Part shown: positions 20,035 to 31,032 of the stretch, piece after piece
Layout of the letters: each line of letters starts with the position of its first letter
Numbering within the stretch: the first letter of the stretch is position 1
Virus record (IMG/VR): IMGVR_UViG_2660238492_000006
Span: 1-64,000 of that record
Reading direction: 5' to 3' (one strand)
Source of the DNA: a virus
Lineage: Duplodnaviria; Caudoviricetes
DNA: 64,000 nt
Program-made: the position numbers and the translations under genes
The notes under the pieces: generated by a model
What the model saw: the letters and a program-made list of their open reading frames with translations, nothing else
The model's database searches: none
Told to the model about the DNA's origin: nothing

Positions 20035-20472
20035 TTAAACCTCTGTTATTTCTGCAGCCATTAGATTCCATGTTACTGATTGTCCTTGTGCTTGATATCC
20101 TCTATCTGCAAGTTTCTGTGGAGATACGCCTGTACATGTAGTTATATCTCCCAAATTATTTGATTTTATAGTAATATTCATTTTAGCCCATTCTGAAGTA
20201 GGTCCTATTTTAACATAGTTGTACCATTTTAATAAATATTTATGAAATTCAGATGTTTGCTGCATAGTTAATGCTACATTTCCATTTGAACCTGGTATTT
20301 TACTAATCATTACAGTTCCGTCTGCTGCTACATCATGCACTGTATCATCATTTGCTTTTGAAACACTAACTGTTCCCACCCCAGCACCAGTTGATGATGC
20401 TGCTCCAACTCCGTTATGAGCACATGAAACTGTTACATCTTCAAAACTATAAGTCTTAAACATATATTTCAA
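20035..20472 (-). CDS. tail tube protein (DUF3277-like)
   Basis: TYSFEDV...VAADG...QQTS; follows the sheath gene. Confidence 0.75.
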   Translation of the reverse strand: MKYMFKTYSFEDVTVSCAHNGVGAASSTGAGVGTVSVSKANDDTVHDVAADGTVMISKIPGSNGNVALTMQQTSEFHKYLLKWYNYVKIGPTSEWAKMNITIKSNNLGDITTCTGVSPQKLADRGYQAQGQSVTWNLMAAEITEV

Positions 20473-20475
20473 CTC

Positions 20476-21606
20476 CTATCTATTAACATATAATTTTATT
20501 CCTACTGATTCTATTGCTCCAGCACATTTTATTAATATATAAATTGGCGGTGCTTTTCTTGCTTCTCTATCAGCTTGCGATTGATTATCCACGCTATCGG
20601 ATAATATCATATAACCTCTTGGTAATGTATCTCCTGTATTAACGCTTAAAATGCTTGCTGTATTCCAAACTCCTGGTGCGATAAATCCTATTTCTCTTGC
20701 TTTTTCAAGTGGCTCTGTAATCGCATTTAACAATGAATCCATTCCTGCATCAGTCTGTGCTATTTTTGAAGTTCTTGCTAAAGCTTCTACTACAGATGTT
20801 TGAATACTATTAGTAAGCATATCTAAATTAAGAATTTCATCAAATTTGCTTCCATCAGCAGATACCCCCATTTCAAATAAGTTATATACAGAACCTCTAT
20901 TTAAATAAAGATTACCATTTAAATTTTTAACAGCAGTAACTTGTGTAGAATTTAAAGGCTCTGTTTCTACTCCTGAAACAGTTTTATGAGCTAATGTATA
21001 GGCACTTCCAGATGTTTGAGTATTTCTGCCCATTGCAACCCCCATAATTCCAACAGCAGCATCATTAGTTTTAGTAGAATATTGTCCTAAAGCTCTATGA
21101 ACTCCATTTTTCTTTAAAACAGAAAATATATTACCTTCTGCTCCAGTTAAAATATCACTGTCACTAGTTGTATAGAATAAATAACTTTCAGGTGATGCGG
21201 AATCTATATACTGTGCTAATGAAATTATTTCATTCTTTTCAGCTTCACATACATATACTGCATACCATTCGCTATTTACTTCCCTACATGCAGATATTGC
21301 TTGTACTATAGTTTCTTTATCTTCTCCCTCTTCTCCCTCTTCATTATTCCATCTACCTATTGCTACTTTATTAGGTCTTGGATTTTGTGAAAAATACTTT
21401 TGTGCAGCTAAATATTCTGGTTCTGTCCCCTTCCACTTATCAGCTGTTAAATCGTCCATTTTAGAATAAGTTTTTACTCTAGTTTCTTTACTTATTATTT
21501 TTGATTTTCCTACTATTAATCCCAAATTGAAATTAGTTCTTACTGCACTAGCAGGACCAACACTTACACTAACATCGCATATATCGCTTAATGGTAAAGT
21601 TGCCAT
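20476..21606 (-). CDS. tail sheath (DUF3383-like)
   Basis: EYLAA..YFSQNPRP...IGRW; QADREARKAP..AGAI. Confidence 0.85.
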   Translation of the reverse strand: MATLPLSDICDVSVSVGPASAVRTNFNLGLIVGKSKIISKETRVKTYSKMDDLTADKWKGTEPEYLAAQKYFSQNPRPNKVAIGRWNNEEGEEGEDKETIVQAISACREVNSEWYAVYVCEAEKNEIISLAQYIDSASPESYLFYTTSDSDILTGAEGNIFSVLKKNGVHRALGQYSTKTNDAAVGIMGVAMGRNTQTSGSAYTLAHKTVSGVETEPLNSTQVTAVKNLNGNLYLNRGSVYNLFEMGVSADGSKFDEILNLDMLTNSIQTSVVEALARTSKIAQTDAGMDSLLNAITEPLEKAREIGFIAPGVWNTASILSVNTGDTLPRGYMILSDSVDNQSQADREARKAPPIYILIKCAGAIESVGIKLYVNR

Positions 21607-21618
21607 TCTATCTTCCTC

Positions 21619-22173
21619 CTATCTATTTTTTATAACCTTAAATTCTGTATTAGTGATATAAGGTACTTCACTTTCTCTTATTACGCCTTCATTAAATGTT
21701 GCTGAAAAATCTGTTCTTTCCCACCATTGGCCATTATAATATTCTGGTAATCTTGTAGGCATTGGTACATCTGTTATAAGAAATAAATTCTTTTTCTTAA
21801 ATTTACTCATATACTCACTATCAAATATAAGATTCCTTATTATATCAGCATTATCATAAGAATTAGGACCATATAATGTCCAATTTATTTTATGAACTCT
21901 TGTATATCCAACTTTCTTTTTTGCATATGGTTCATCATTTTTTACTGGATCATAACAAATATTTAACTCTCTAGTCATAGCATCATCAACTGGTGTTATT
22001 CTCAAAAAGCAAATATCATCTTGTATTTTCCATCCTGGAGCTCCACCTGTAGGCCATGCAATTCTAACTTTATTTTGATTTTCTTTCTTACTTAAATCTA
22101 TATCTAACATTTCACAAGTTATCTCTTGAAAAAAATCTTCTATTTCTTTAAGTTTTAATACTGTATCTGCCAC
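21619..22173 (-). CDS. neck/tail terminator protein
   Basis: YGPNSYD, PE..NGQWWER.D. Confidence 0.7.
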   Translation of the reverse strand: MADTVLKLKEIEDFFQEITCEMLDIDLSKKENQNKVRIAWPTGGAPGWKIQDDICFLRITPVDDAMTRELNICYDPVKNDEPYAKKKVGYTRVHKINWTLYGPNSYDNADIIRNLIFDSEYMSKFKKKNLFLITDVPMPTRLPEYYNGQWWERTDFSATFNEGVIRESEVPYITNTEFKVIKNR

Positions 22174-22547
22174 TAATTACTCACCAACCTCATACCAATA
22201 GCAAACCAATATCCATATTTTTTATAATTTCCAAGTGAATAAATCTTATATCGTTCACCTTCCCATTCTATTTCATCAGATGTTCCCTCTTCATTTGCTT
22301 CTGAATGTGTAGTGTATAATTCTTTTGTAGTATGAATTGATATTTCTCCTTTTGTCCTGTCACCTTCTGGAATCATTTCTATTTCCTTATTAGTTGCAGG
22401 AACTATTACTCCACTCATACCAATTTCCTTTTCTTCTTGAATAAATCTACCCTTTATCCATTCACCTGATTTTCTAAAAACTTTAAAAGGCTCTGAAATT
22501 CTAGGATCATTAACAGCTCTTGAAACATTAATCAAATTATTCACCAC
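22173..22547 (-). CDS. head-tail joining protein
   Basis: PEGDR, D.I.W.G.RY; synteny. Confidence 0.65.
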   Translation of the reverse strand: MVNNLINVSRAVNDPRISEPFKVFRKSGEWIKGRFIQEEKEIGMSGVIVPATNKEIEMIPEGDRTKGEISIHTTKELYTTHSEANEEGTSDEIEWEGERYKIYSLGNYKKYGYWFAIGMRLVSN

Positions 22548-23109
22548 CCTTTATAACATAAGTTATACTTTTTCTAAGTTCTCCAGTATCTATTAATGGT
22601 TTATCACTATCTTTTCTTTTAATGGTTTCAGCACTATTTTCAGCCCAATTATTACTTGGATTAGTAAACCATGCTCTAGCAATATTTTGACCTTGCATAC
22701 CTACTTTTTCTAAGCTTTGAGTAATATTTTTACCTTCTAGTGCATTACCTGCAGCATCTTTCATTAATTCTGCTAATTGTTCCTTCCCATTTTCCATAGC
22801 TGGTTCAAGAATAGGTCTTGGGGGAACATTCCACAACGGAGAACCCTTTTCATGTACATAGAATTCATGTACTGCACTATATGGTCTACCATCATCTATA
22901 TCATGTTGCATAGCTCTTATCATTGTAGTATCTCTGACACCATTAGTATGAATATACATTAATTCAGAATTTGTAATTTTAGATGAAGGATGCTCTGTAC
23001 TATCTGGAACTCCAATACATACTGTCTTTTTTGCCAAAGTATTTAGAGATTCTAGTAGATTATCTGTTAAATCTCTATCTATAGCTACATTTACAAAACC
23101 ATTAAGCAT
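22537..23109 (-). CDS. neck/tail completion protein
   Basis: VPPRP.L, KPLIDTGELRKSITY. Confidence 0.75.
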   Translation of the reverse strand: MLNGFVNVAIDRDLTDNLLESLNTLAKKTVCIGVPDSTEHPSSKITNSELMYIHTNGVRDTTMIRAMQHDIDDGRPYSAVHEFYVHEKGSPLWNVPPRPILEPAMENGKEQLAELMKDAAGNALEGKNITQSLEKVGMQGQNIARAWFTNPSNNWAENSAETIKRKDSDKPLIDTGELRKSITYVIKGGE

Positions 23110-23120
23110 ACTCTCTCCTC

Positions 23121-23600
23121 CTAATACACATACATACCACCTTTGCCTAATAATCTACCTATAGTTGCTAATTGTTGTCCATATGTTGTTAATTTCCATC
23201 CTGCCCATCCATCAATCCCACTAGCTATAGTTGAATAATCAGTACTAACTGATACACTTCCTACACTAACAGATGTATCAAGTCCTTTAGCTTTTCCAGC
23301 TTCTAATATTCCTGCAGCTCCACTATTAGAATCAGCACTTCCTTCTAAATATAAAGTACAAAAATGAGCAATGAAAAATCCCATTCCAACTTTCCAATAA
23401 CTATGCCAACGACTTTCTTTTATACAATTATTAGCTAAATCTAAATACATCTGAATAACAACTTCAGGTATTAATGTATTCCCTTGGCCATCTGGTCCAA
23501 ATTGAGGATATATACTATAAAAATCTTTCAAAGTAAAAGGGGGATTATCCCCAGTTTTTATATTACTGGCATCCCCTACTATTCCATTAAAATTACTCAT
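23121..23600 (-). CDS. DUF4054 head-tail adaptor
   Basis: F...YPQF, AHF.TL, SVGSVSVS, W.LT.YGQQ. Confidence 0.8.
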   Translation of the reverse strand: MSNFNGIVGDASNIKTGDNPPFTLKDFYSIYPQFGPDGQGNTLIPEVVIQMYLDLANNCIKESRWHSYWKVGMGFFIAHFCTLYLEGSADSNSGAAGILEAGKAKGLDTSVSVGSVSVSTDYSTIASGIDGWAGWKLTTYGQQLATIGRLLGKGGMYVY

Positions 23601-23610
23601 AAAAAAACAC

Positions 23611-23838
23611 CTACTTCTTATCTTCAGTAGATGTTTCTTTTAGATTTTCATCATTTTCTGCTCTTTTCTTATCTTTTTTATTTGCTATTACTAATAAACT
23701 TTGGTCTTTTTGTGCTAATTTAAATAACTCTGTTTTTCCTACCCAATCTGGTAAAGCTTTTGTTTCTCCTGCTTGGATTATTTCTTCTTCATCATCACCA
23801 TTTTTAAATAAAAAAGTTTTATCACTTCTAATTATCAT
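23611..23838 (-). CDS. small head-associated protein
   Basis: PDWV..T.LF.LA; follows the capsid gene. Confidence 0.6.
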   Translation of the reverse strand: MIIRSDKTFLFKNGDDEEEIIQAGETKALPDWVGKTELFKLAQKDQSLLVIANKKDKKRAENDENLKETSTEDKK

Positions 23839-23850
23839 TATATATTCCTC

Positions 23851-24864
23851 CTAAATTCCATCAGTATAACTAACGCATTGATAATATAAGATTTTAACTT
23901 GTCCTATATTAGCCATATATGCTGTCATATATGCTATATTTTCAACACTTGGCTGTGTCATTGCTCTCATAAGTGGTACTGGTATATCAATAAGAACCTT
24001 ACTTTCATCATTTACATATGCAACCATTCTATCGGTTTTACCAGTTCCAGCACCAACACACCATCGGCTTGGCTCTATTGCTAAATCAACTTGCTGATTT
24101 TTAGCAATATTATTTTCTAATAGATAATTTAATATTGATATATTTCCAGCTTCGCTTACTTTTCTACTTACAATATAAGCATAATTTTGTGGACTTATTA
24201 GAATATGATTTGGAATACCACTATTATCATACTCTGAATATTTCCAAGCATCATTAATTGCAGTATTAACATCATCTAAGATTTCATCTGGAGTTTTGTC
24301 TTTCCATGTAGCTTTACCACTTGCTCCATTTTTCGCTATTGTTGTTACTACATTAGGATCATTTACTAACCCATAAACTTTTTCTTCTTCTACACCCTTA
24401 TAAACTATTAAATCAATAGATTTATTATAATTTAATCTAATACCATTATCTAATATAGAATCGAGTGACCTTCCTATTCCCTGCATCTTTTGTTGGTCAA
24501 TAAATGGTATCTTTAGTACATTAGACCAAGGGAATACTTTAAATTGATCCTTGCTAGTATTCGCTTGAATTATTGGAATATTATTTGATTGACCTCTAAT
24601 AAGTCCATTACCATTACCTCCTGTTGTTGCATAATCTACAAACATATTAGATGTAGTTTCAATCCATCCACCACCAGTCTTTACTGGTATATCTCTTGCA
24701 AATGTTACACTAGTTAAAGGTTCATTTAATTTTGTATCTCTTTTTTCAAGTTCTCCATTTAAATATACCATGCCATTTCCTATAGATGCATTATCCATAG
24801 CCATCATAGCATTAGGTGCTAGTCCTGGTAATGGATGAACTACATTATTCCCAATTAAACTCAT
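23851..24864 (-). CDS. major capsid protein (DUF2184)
   Basis: ELE..D..L.EPL, GLVNDPNV, KTPDEILDD.N, Y.DGI. Confidence 0.85.
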   Translation of the reverse strand: MSLIGNNVVHPLPGLAPNAMMAMDNASIGNGMVYLNGELEKRDTKLNEPLTSVTFARDIPVKTGGGWIETTSNMFVDYATTGGNGNGLIRGQSNNIPIIQANTSKDQFKVFPWSNVLKIPFIDQQKMQGIGRSLDSILDNGIRLNYNKSIDLIVYKGVEEEKVYGLVNDPNVVTTIAKNGASGKATWKDKTPDEILDDVNTAINDAWKYSEYDNSGIPNHILISPQNYAYIVSRKVSEAGNISILNYLLENNIAKNQQVDLAIEPSRWCVGAGTGKTDRMVAYVNDESKVLIDIPVPLMRAMTQPSVENIAYMTAYMANIGQVKILYYQCVSYTDGI

Positions 24865-24876
24865 ATTCTATTCCTC

Positions 24877-25407
24877 CTATATTGTTCTAGTAAGTACTGT
24901 AACTTCTGCTACATTGTTACTATCTTTTTTACCGGTAGTCCATTTAAGATTTGGAATTTCTACTGTGTTTTCTCCATCTGCTACAGCTTCAAATTGTCCA
25001 ATAACTCCCTTTGGAATTGATACATTTTCTTTAATTCTTATATATACCTTTCCACCTGCTGTTGGAGTACCATTATTGCAAAGAACAGTAACAGAACCTC
25101 TATTAAGTACATCACATACCTCGTTTGGTAGGTACTCTCCACTAGCTGCGTAATAGTCAGTAGCCTGTTTTATTTCTCTTACTGCAATACCTGCAAATAT
25201 ATCTGCTGTACTATTTGCTGCGAATCTACTGTAAGTATTATCAGCATTTAATATAACTGGAGCACCAAATGCTATTGGAAGTTCTGTTTCCTTTCCTGAT
25301 GCTATATTACTTTTTACAACCTTTGGAGTTATAATTGCATCAATTGATCTTGATACAGTTCCTGGATAACCTAAATTTAATTCAATTCCTATTGCTTTAC
25401 CTGGCAT
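24877..25407 (-). CDS. capsid decoration/cement protein
   Basis: FAGIAVRE, RG.VTV....TP.AGG.VY.R. Confidence 0.7.
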   Translation of the reverse strand: MPGKAIGIELNLGYPGTVSRSIDAIITPKVVKSNIASGKETELPIAFGAPVILNADNTYSRFAANSTADIFAGIAVREIKQATDYYAASGEYLPNEVCDVLNRGSVTVLCNNGTPTAGGKVYIRIKENVSIPKGVIGQFEAVADGENTVEIPNLKWTTGKKDSNNVAEVTVLTRTI

Positions 25408-25408
25408 A

Positions 25409-26665
25409 TTATTTTACCTCCTTATAATGTGCATTTTGCTTTTTATAGCCATCTTCGATAGCTTTTAACTTAGTTTCAGCTGCATCTGCTACCTTTTGTC
25501 TTTGCAATGCACTACTTCTTTGCGATTGCATTATTTCAGCATATGAGTTTTTATTTTGTGATGATTTTGTAGATGTCTTGAATTGTGCCATGACTGAATC
25601 ACAAGCTTTCTTTCTTGCTTTCTTATCTGGAATACTTGCAATTATTGGTCTTACTGCCTTTAATGCCATAAGCATAGCTGCACTATCAGCATTTGGTATA
25701 GGATTCTCAGGTAATTCTCCTTCGCTTTGTACTACACCATCTGGAATATCTTCGTCTGACATTTGTTCAGGTGGAATTGTTACAGATTCTTCTTCATCTC
25801 CTGTAGTAGTTTCCTTACCTTTTTCTAATGTATTAATCAGTTCATCAATTGCACTTTCTGGCTCTTCATCTTCTGCTTTTGGAGTTCCTCCACTTAATAT
25901 TGAAATCAACTTATCTAATTTAGCACTTACTGATGCTAAATCTCCTCCCTCATCATTTGCAGGAGTTGGATTTGCTTCTGGTTCTTCATCGCACCCCTTA
26001 TTCATTTCTTCTAATGTATCTGCAACCTCTTCTGGTTCTGCATCTGCTAGATAATGTTTTAATCCTATAGCTTGTAAAATACTTTTTGTTACTTTCTTCT
26101 TAGCCATCTTATTTTTTTCTCCCTTCTCTTTTTGAATTTTAGAATCTTTTATCGCAACACGGTCTCCTGCTCTTCCAGCTTCAACGACTGCCACATGATT
26201 ACCACATATATTAATTTGACTATATGTGCCATCTCCATTGTCTTTGTATTGGCATTCATAGCCACAACTTACTTCTCTTTTTCCTTGTCCTATTTCATTA
26301 ATTAAAACTGAATCATAGATCATTAAGTCACCCACAAGTAAATCAGGCTCTTTTGTATCTTGCCTAACATTCTGCGTTGTGCCTTTTACAAATATATTTA
26401 CATTTTGTGGTGTTAATAAATCTGGAGGATGTTCGTCCGTTGCTGGCTTGCCTTCAAATGAAGCTATAGCAGATTTACTAAATACCTCTTCTGGACTTCT
26501 ATATACTTTTACAATTTCATCACCGCCTACACCAAGTTCACTTGCTAGATAGTCATACCAGCCAGTACGTGCAATAGGTACATTGTGACAAATTAAAAAT
26601 CCATCTGGTGTTTTAGTCATATTAGCACTAAAACGTGCTCCGTAATAAGCTTTCAATCTTCTCAC
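25409..26665 (-). CDS. DUF2213 prohead protease/scaffold
   Basis: TPDGFLIC.NVPIARTG, T.EHP, REVSCGY, NHVAVV..GRAG. Confidence 0.9.
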   Translation of the reverse strand: MRRLKAYYGARFSANMTKTPDGFLICHNVPIARTGWYDYLASELGVGGDEIVKVYRSPEEVFSKSAIASFEGKPATDEHPPDLLTPQNVNIFVKGTTQNVRQDTKEPDLLVGDLMIYDSVLINEIGQGKREVSCGYECQYKDNGDGTYSQINICGNHVAVVEAGRAGDRVAIKDSKIQKEKGEKNKMAKKKVTKSILQAIGLKHYLADAEPEEVADTLEEMNKGCDEEPEANPTPANDEGGDLASVSAKLDKLISILSGGTPKAEDEEPESAIDELINTLEKGKETTTGDEEESVTIPPEQMSDEDIPDGVVQSEGELPENPIPNADSAAMLMALKAVRPIIASIPDKKARKKACDSVMAQFKTSTKSSQNKNSYAEIMQSQRSSALQRQKVADAAETKLKAIEDGYKKQNAHYKEVK

Positions 26666-26686
26666 CCCCTTTCAAATATCAATTTG

Positions 26687-26884
26687 TTATATACTTATTG
26701 TTATTCCGTCACTTACTTCAATTCTTTTTTTAGGCTTTTCTGTAAAACAATTGACTCCTTGCTTGGCAGTTCTTTCAATTTTATCCTTCAGTTCAACAAC
26801 TTCACTTATTGTATTAGCTTCAAATGTTTCTATTATTCTACAAGCTCCTTGAACAGTTTCCTTTGAATACTTCATATATTTCAC
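26687..26884 (-). CDS. hypothetical protein
   Basis: co-oriented ORF with RBS. Confidence 0.5.
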   Translation of the reverse strand: MKYMKYSKETVQGACRIIETFEANTISEVVELKDKIERTAKQGVNCFTEKPKKRIEVSDGITISI

Positions 26885-26918
26885 CCCTATTTATATATAA
26901 TTAAAAGCCTTAGATTTA

Positions 26919-27398
26919 CTAAGACTTATCTTCACACTTGTTTTCTAATTCTGATACACTAATTACTGATTTTCGTTTTACATTTAAATTTCCAATTGTT
27001 ATAAATTCTTTATTTGAATTTAATTTTGAATTTATTTCATCAATTGTTTCATCAGAAAAAGTATCAATGAACTCTTTATTTTCTAAAGTAATAAAAATCT
27101 TTGTTCTTTCCCTTTTTTCATTAATATTAACTTGTATACCATCTAAAGTTCCAAAATTAAATTTTGCTAATTCTAACTTTAAAGCTTGTATATCCTTAGG
27201 ATCAATTCCACTAATATTTATAACATTACTAAAATGTAATGGTGGTTTTATACTCATTAATGATTCTGCAGTACTTGTTCCTGGTCTTTTAGGTCTTTCA
27301 TACTTTGGTGACTTTACATCTTTAGGAATTTCTATATTCCATTTTTTCGTTAAGTTAGCAAAATCACTATTATCTCTTTTTCTACTTTTTAAAAACAC
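26919..27398 (-). CDS. hypothetical protein
   Basis: GGAGG RBS, GTG start. Confidence 0.55.
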   Translation of the reverse strand: MFLKSRKRDNSDFANLTKKWNIEIPKDVKSPKYERPKRPGTSTAESLMSIKPPLHFSNVINISGIDPKDIQALKLELAKFNFGTLDGIQVNINEKRERTKIFITLENKEFIDTFSDETIDEINSKLNSNKEFITIGNLNVKRKSVISVSELENKCEDKS

Positions 27399-27413
27399 TT
27401 TAAATCCTCCTAA

Positions 27414-28271
27414 TTAAACAGCTATTTCTTCAAACTGCTTTCTTGTCATATTTTTAATTTCTCCATTATAATAAACTTTGTGTGGCCATGTGATGAAATC
27501 TAAACTTACTACTGGTTCTGGATAACATCTACAGTTATAAATATTACCTGCATGATAATATCCTACAATTTTTTTACCTATAAGCCTTTCGGGGCTTGGT
27601 GGATTGTTCCAACATATCAAAACATCTTCCATATGTTCATGTGAATTTCTTACCCTTTGGTCCTCTGATGTCCTCCAAATGTACCAATTAATTCCTAAGT
27701 TTTCACATCTAGCTTTTGTTAATGCAGTACTTGTTTTGCTAACCTCTGTTCTAGCAATAAGCTTAACTTTTTTTTCAGAAGTAATATAAAATTCATTTTG
27801 TAGATCCTTAGCTATATCTTCTGCTCTTCTTCCACTAAAACTTTCTTTTGCCACATAATCAGTAATTTCTTTTGCAAAATCTAAAGGAATACTTTTAATT
27901 AATTCAGCATTTCTTTGTATTTGTTCATTTATAGCTCCACCTATAGGACCTTTTAATTCTTTTTTCAATGCTTCATAAATAGATCTCCCTTTTGAATTTT
28001 CTCTTGCTGCTTCTCTCCATGTTCTTCCTGCATCACTAAATAAGCTAGTCACCATCTTTTGAGAACATCTTGAAGCATACTTTTTAAATTCAGTTGAATT
28101 AGCAATTTTTCTTAACTCTCTTACTATGTCAGTATGAGAATTTAATCCTAACAATGATTTATTAATTTTTTTAATTAATTGTTTTAATGAGCGCTTATAA
28201 GTAAGCTCTATTCTTCTTCTTGGCTTCCATAAGTCTTTAATAGTATTTTTTCTTGGTATCATACTATTCAA
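27414..28271 (-). CDS. head morphogenesis protein (SPP1 gp7/Mu F)
   Basis: LIARTE, W.TS.D.RVR.SH, NCRC. Confidence 0.9.
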   Translation of the reverse strand: MNSMIPRKNTIKDLWKPRRRIELTYKRSLKQLIKKINKSLLGLNSHTDIVRELRKIANSTEFKKYASRCSQKMVTSLFSDAGRTWREAARENSKGRSIYEALKKELKGPIGGAINEQIQRNAELIKSIPLDFAKEITDYVAKESFSGRRAEDIAKDLQNEFYITSEKKVKLIARTEVSKTSTALTKARCENLGINWYIWRTSEDQRVRNSHEHMEDVLICWNNPPSPERLIGKKIVGYYHAGNIYNCRCYPEPVVSLDFITWPHKVYYNGEIKNMTRKQFEEIAV

Positions 28272-29694
28272 CTACTTCCATATTATTTTCTAGGAATTCG
28301 TCTTCAGGCATATCTCCTATACTGTCTATTTCATCGTCTGCATTATTTATATCTTCATCTGTAATATTAGTAAACATTCCAGTCGTATCAGACATTTGTT
28401 TTAATTCCTTTAAGGCAATTTTCTGACTTATTAATCCAGCATTGAACACATTAATTATTGCAGTGGATTTTTTATCCACTATATTTGATAATTCATCTTC
28501 ACTTGGAGTAGCTATTGGATTATAAGTGTAATCCAAATCATCTGGTATTGCTCCAAACTCACTCATAAACATTATTGGAAGTAGCTTATCTAATACAGGA
28601 TCTAACTGTGCAACTTGTTTTTGCTCTATTGTTTCATAATAATTTTTACTATCACTTTCTCCAGTAGCATTAAATCCAGCTGGTGAACGTCCAAATAATT
28701 TAGTTACTGGTATTTCAGCAGCACCACTTACATCTAGCATAAAACTTTCATATATTTCATTTAATCCTGAAAAACTATACTGATGTGTTTGAAAATCATC
28801 ATCTTTATTTAATATATACATTCCCATGTTAGACATAAGCCAATTTTGGGCTTGTACAGTATTATATAAATCCTTTTGTGATTGTTCATCTCCAATTGCT
28901 AATGTTTCTCCTAGGTCTGACATCTTTAAAACTCTTAAGTTAGCTAAGAAAATAAGTTGTGCTATATTGTAACTTGTATTATCTCTCTTCTTTAGTTCAT
29001 CAAAAATAATTTCAATTTCACTAGCTCCCCACCCTATTTCTGCACATTTTTCAATATAAGGAAGTTCTCTACCTGTAAATCTTAATATTCTACTATGGTG
29101 TACCTTAATAGTAAAAGTATCAGTATTCCAAATATAATGTTCTGGTAATCCAAAATCAGGACTAGAAACATCTTCTATTAAATTTTCTCCTGGAGTTATA
29201 CCAGACCACCTATCTCCAATAATAAGTCCTTTAAAACTTTGTGGCATTATCATGTCATAATCCAAATGTTGATCTAAAATATCCTCATGTCCATCAATTA
29301 TAACTACTGCTGCAGCGCCTCCATAAAGTCTGCCCCACTTTAATCCTTCAAGTATATCTCTTTGAATTCTTGTAGTTCTTTGTAGTTTATCAAATCTTTT
29401 TAACTGTTCAGGTTCTAATTGTGTGGTTATATTAATCCAATTTTTAACCATATCTTCTGGAATTGTATCTATTATTTTTCTCACAATCCAATGCGATCTA
29501 TATAAACTATTCATTAATTGAAAGTTTTGAGTAAGTCTTGTAATTGGATAATCTGTACCTTCTAATAGATTAGGAGTTCCAACTCCTAATCTTGCTAATA
29601 CATTTTGAAATGCATCTAATGTTGCTCTTGGCTTATTTTTTATATTTGAATTTGAATCCTTAGTTACTTTTTTATACCTTTTACTTTTTTTCAC
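28264..29694 (-). CDS. portal protein (DUF1073-like)
   Basis: WGRLYGGA, VHHSR, IP.TKLFGRSP.G.NATGESD..NYY. Confidence 0.9.
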   Translation of the reverse strand: MKKSKRYKKVTKDSNSNIKNKPRATLDAFQNVLARLGVGTPNLLEGTDYPITRLTQNFQLMNSLYRSHWIVRKIIDTIPEDMVKNWINITTQLEPEQLKRFDKLQRTTRIQRDILEGLKWGRLYGGAAAVVIIDGHEDILDQHLDYDMIMPQSFKGLIIGDRWSGITPGENLIEDVSSPDFGLPEHYIWNTDTFTIKVHHSRILRFTGRELPYIEKCAEIGWGASEIEIIFDELKKRDNTSYNIAQLIFLANLRVLKMSDLGETLAIGDEQSQKDLYNTVQAQNWLMSNMGMYILNKDDDFQTHQYSFSGLNEIYESFMLDVSGAAEIPVTKLFGRSPAGFNATGESDSKNYYETIEQKQVAQLDPVLDKLLPIMFMSEFGAIPDDLDYTYNPIATPSEDELSNIVDKKSTAIINVFNAGLISQKIALKELKQMSDTTGMFTNITDEDINNADDEIDSIGDMPEDEFLENNMEVVE

Positions 29695-29715
29695 TTTGTC
29701 CCTCCTTTCTTTTTA

Positions 29716-31032
29716 CTATCTTGATAATCTTCTAGGTTTAACAATTGTTTTCACATAATACCTAAGTGCATCAGCTCCATGATCATTTTCCTTAATTGGC
29801 TTTTCATCTCCATGTTCAGCTGCTTTTTTATCCCAAACATAACTTAATATATCTCCTATAGTTCTTTTGCATTTATCCTTTACCATTTTAATTTTTTCTT
29901 GGCCAATAAATGTAGATGTCATTCTTATTCCATCTAGCACCTCATTATCTGCATCTTTAATTCTATATCCTCTACTTCTCATTTCAGCTTTAAATGATGC
30001 AGCACTTGGATCTAAAATTATTGCTACTGGTGGTGGTCCATCATTTATAAAATCAACTAAATCATCAGCATACTGTTTGTCTGTTTTTTGTACCATTTTA
30101 ACTTTACTATCATAATAATATTCTCTTGGTATCCATGCTGTATCACCATCATCATAAATATCTAAGAATACTGTTGCATTAGTAGTACCATAGTCTATAG
30201 CAATATATCTTCTTGAAATTTGTTTTAATCCTGGTGGCAAATCTTCTTCTTTAATCTCATTTTCTTCTGACCACATGTCAAAAATAGCACCTTCGGCCAT
30301 AGCCCAAAGTCCTTGAATATAACGCTTAAAGAATACCCCTATATATCTATTTCTATAACGTTGTTTAATCTTTTCTGATAAAGACAAATTATCATCCATA
30401 GTAAAGTGTAAATATAATAAATTCTTTTTCTTGGCTGTTAATATCCAATTTTGATTAAACCAATGCATTGGACCATCAGGATTACAATTAAACCAATATT
30501 TAGAACCTTCAACAGAGCAACGTCCTGTACCTTGGTTTACAAAGCTTTCAGGCATTAATGCTACTTCATCACATAATATTCCTGCTAGGGTTATACCTTG
30601 AATTAAGTCTTGACTTGATTCATCTCTTCCACCAAATATATAAAAGTAATTTACTTTACCATTTTTCTTTATCTCAATATAATTATCAGTTTTATGATCT
30701 TTATACCTATATCCTCTACTTAAAAGCATTATCTTTAGCCCAAACCATACATTTCTTCTAAAACTCCCAACAGTTTTACCACACATTCCAAAGTTTTGAC
30801 CTGAGAACTTTTCCATAGCCCACATAACAAAAGATAATGACATAGATACTGTTTTCCCACTTCTTATTGCTCCGTCAGCTATTATTCCATCTGCATCATT
30901 AACTGGACTTTCATCAGTCCACCAATTAAATACTTTTCTTTGCTTTTTAGAAAAGGGTTTGAATTTAAAGACTATACTTGATTTTTTACTTTTACTCCTC
31001 TTCATCAGACCAATCTTCTTTTGCTGTTCCAT
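29716..31032 (-). CDS. terL: terminase large subunit (PBSX family)
   Basis: DGAIRSGKT, DEVALMP, DYGTTN, DPSAASF, DH.ADALRY. Confidence 0.95.
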   Translation of the reverse strand: MEQQKKIGLMKRSKSKKSSIVFKFKPFSKKQRKVFNWWTDESPVNDADGIIADGAIRSGKTVSMSLSFVMWAMEKFSGQNFGMCGKTVGSFRRNVWFGLKIMLLSRGYRYKDHKTDNYIEIKKNGKVNYFYIFGGRDESSQDLIQGITLAGILCDEVALMPESFVNQGTGRCSVEGSKYWFNCNPDGPMHWFNQNWILTAKKKNLLYLHFTMDDNLSLSEKIKQRYRNRYIGVFFKRYIQGLWAMAEGAIFDMWSEENEIKEEDLPPGLKQISRRYIAIDYGTTNATVFLDIYDDGDTAWIPREYYYDSKVKMVQKTDKQYADDLVDFINDGPPPVAIILDPSAASFKAEMRSRGYRIKDADNEVLDGIRMTSTFIGQEKIKMVKDKCKRTIGDILSYVWDKKAAEHGDEKPIKENDHGADALRYYVKTIVKPRRLSR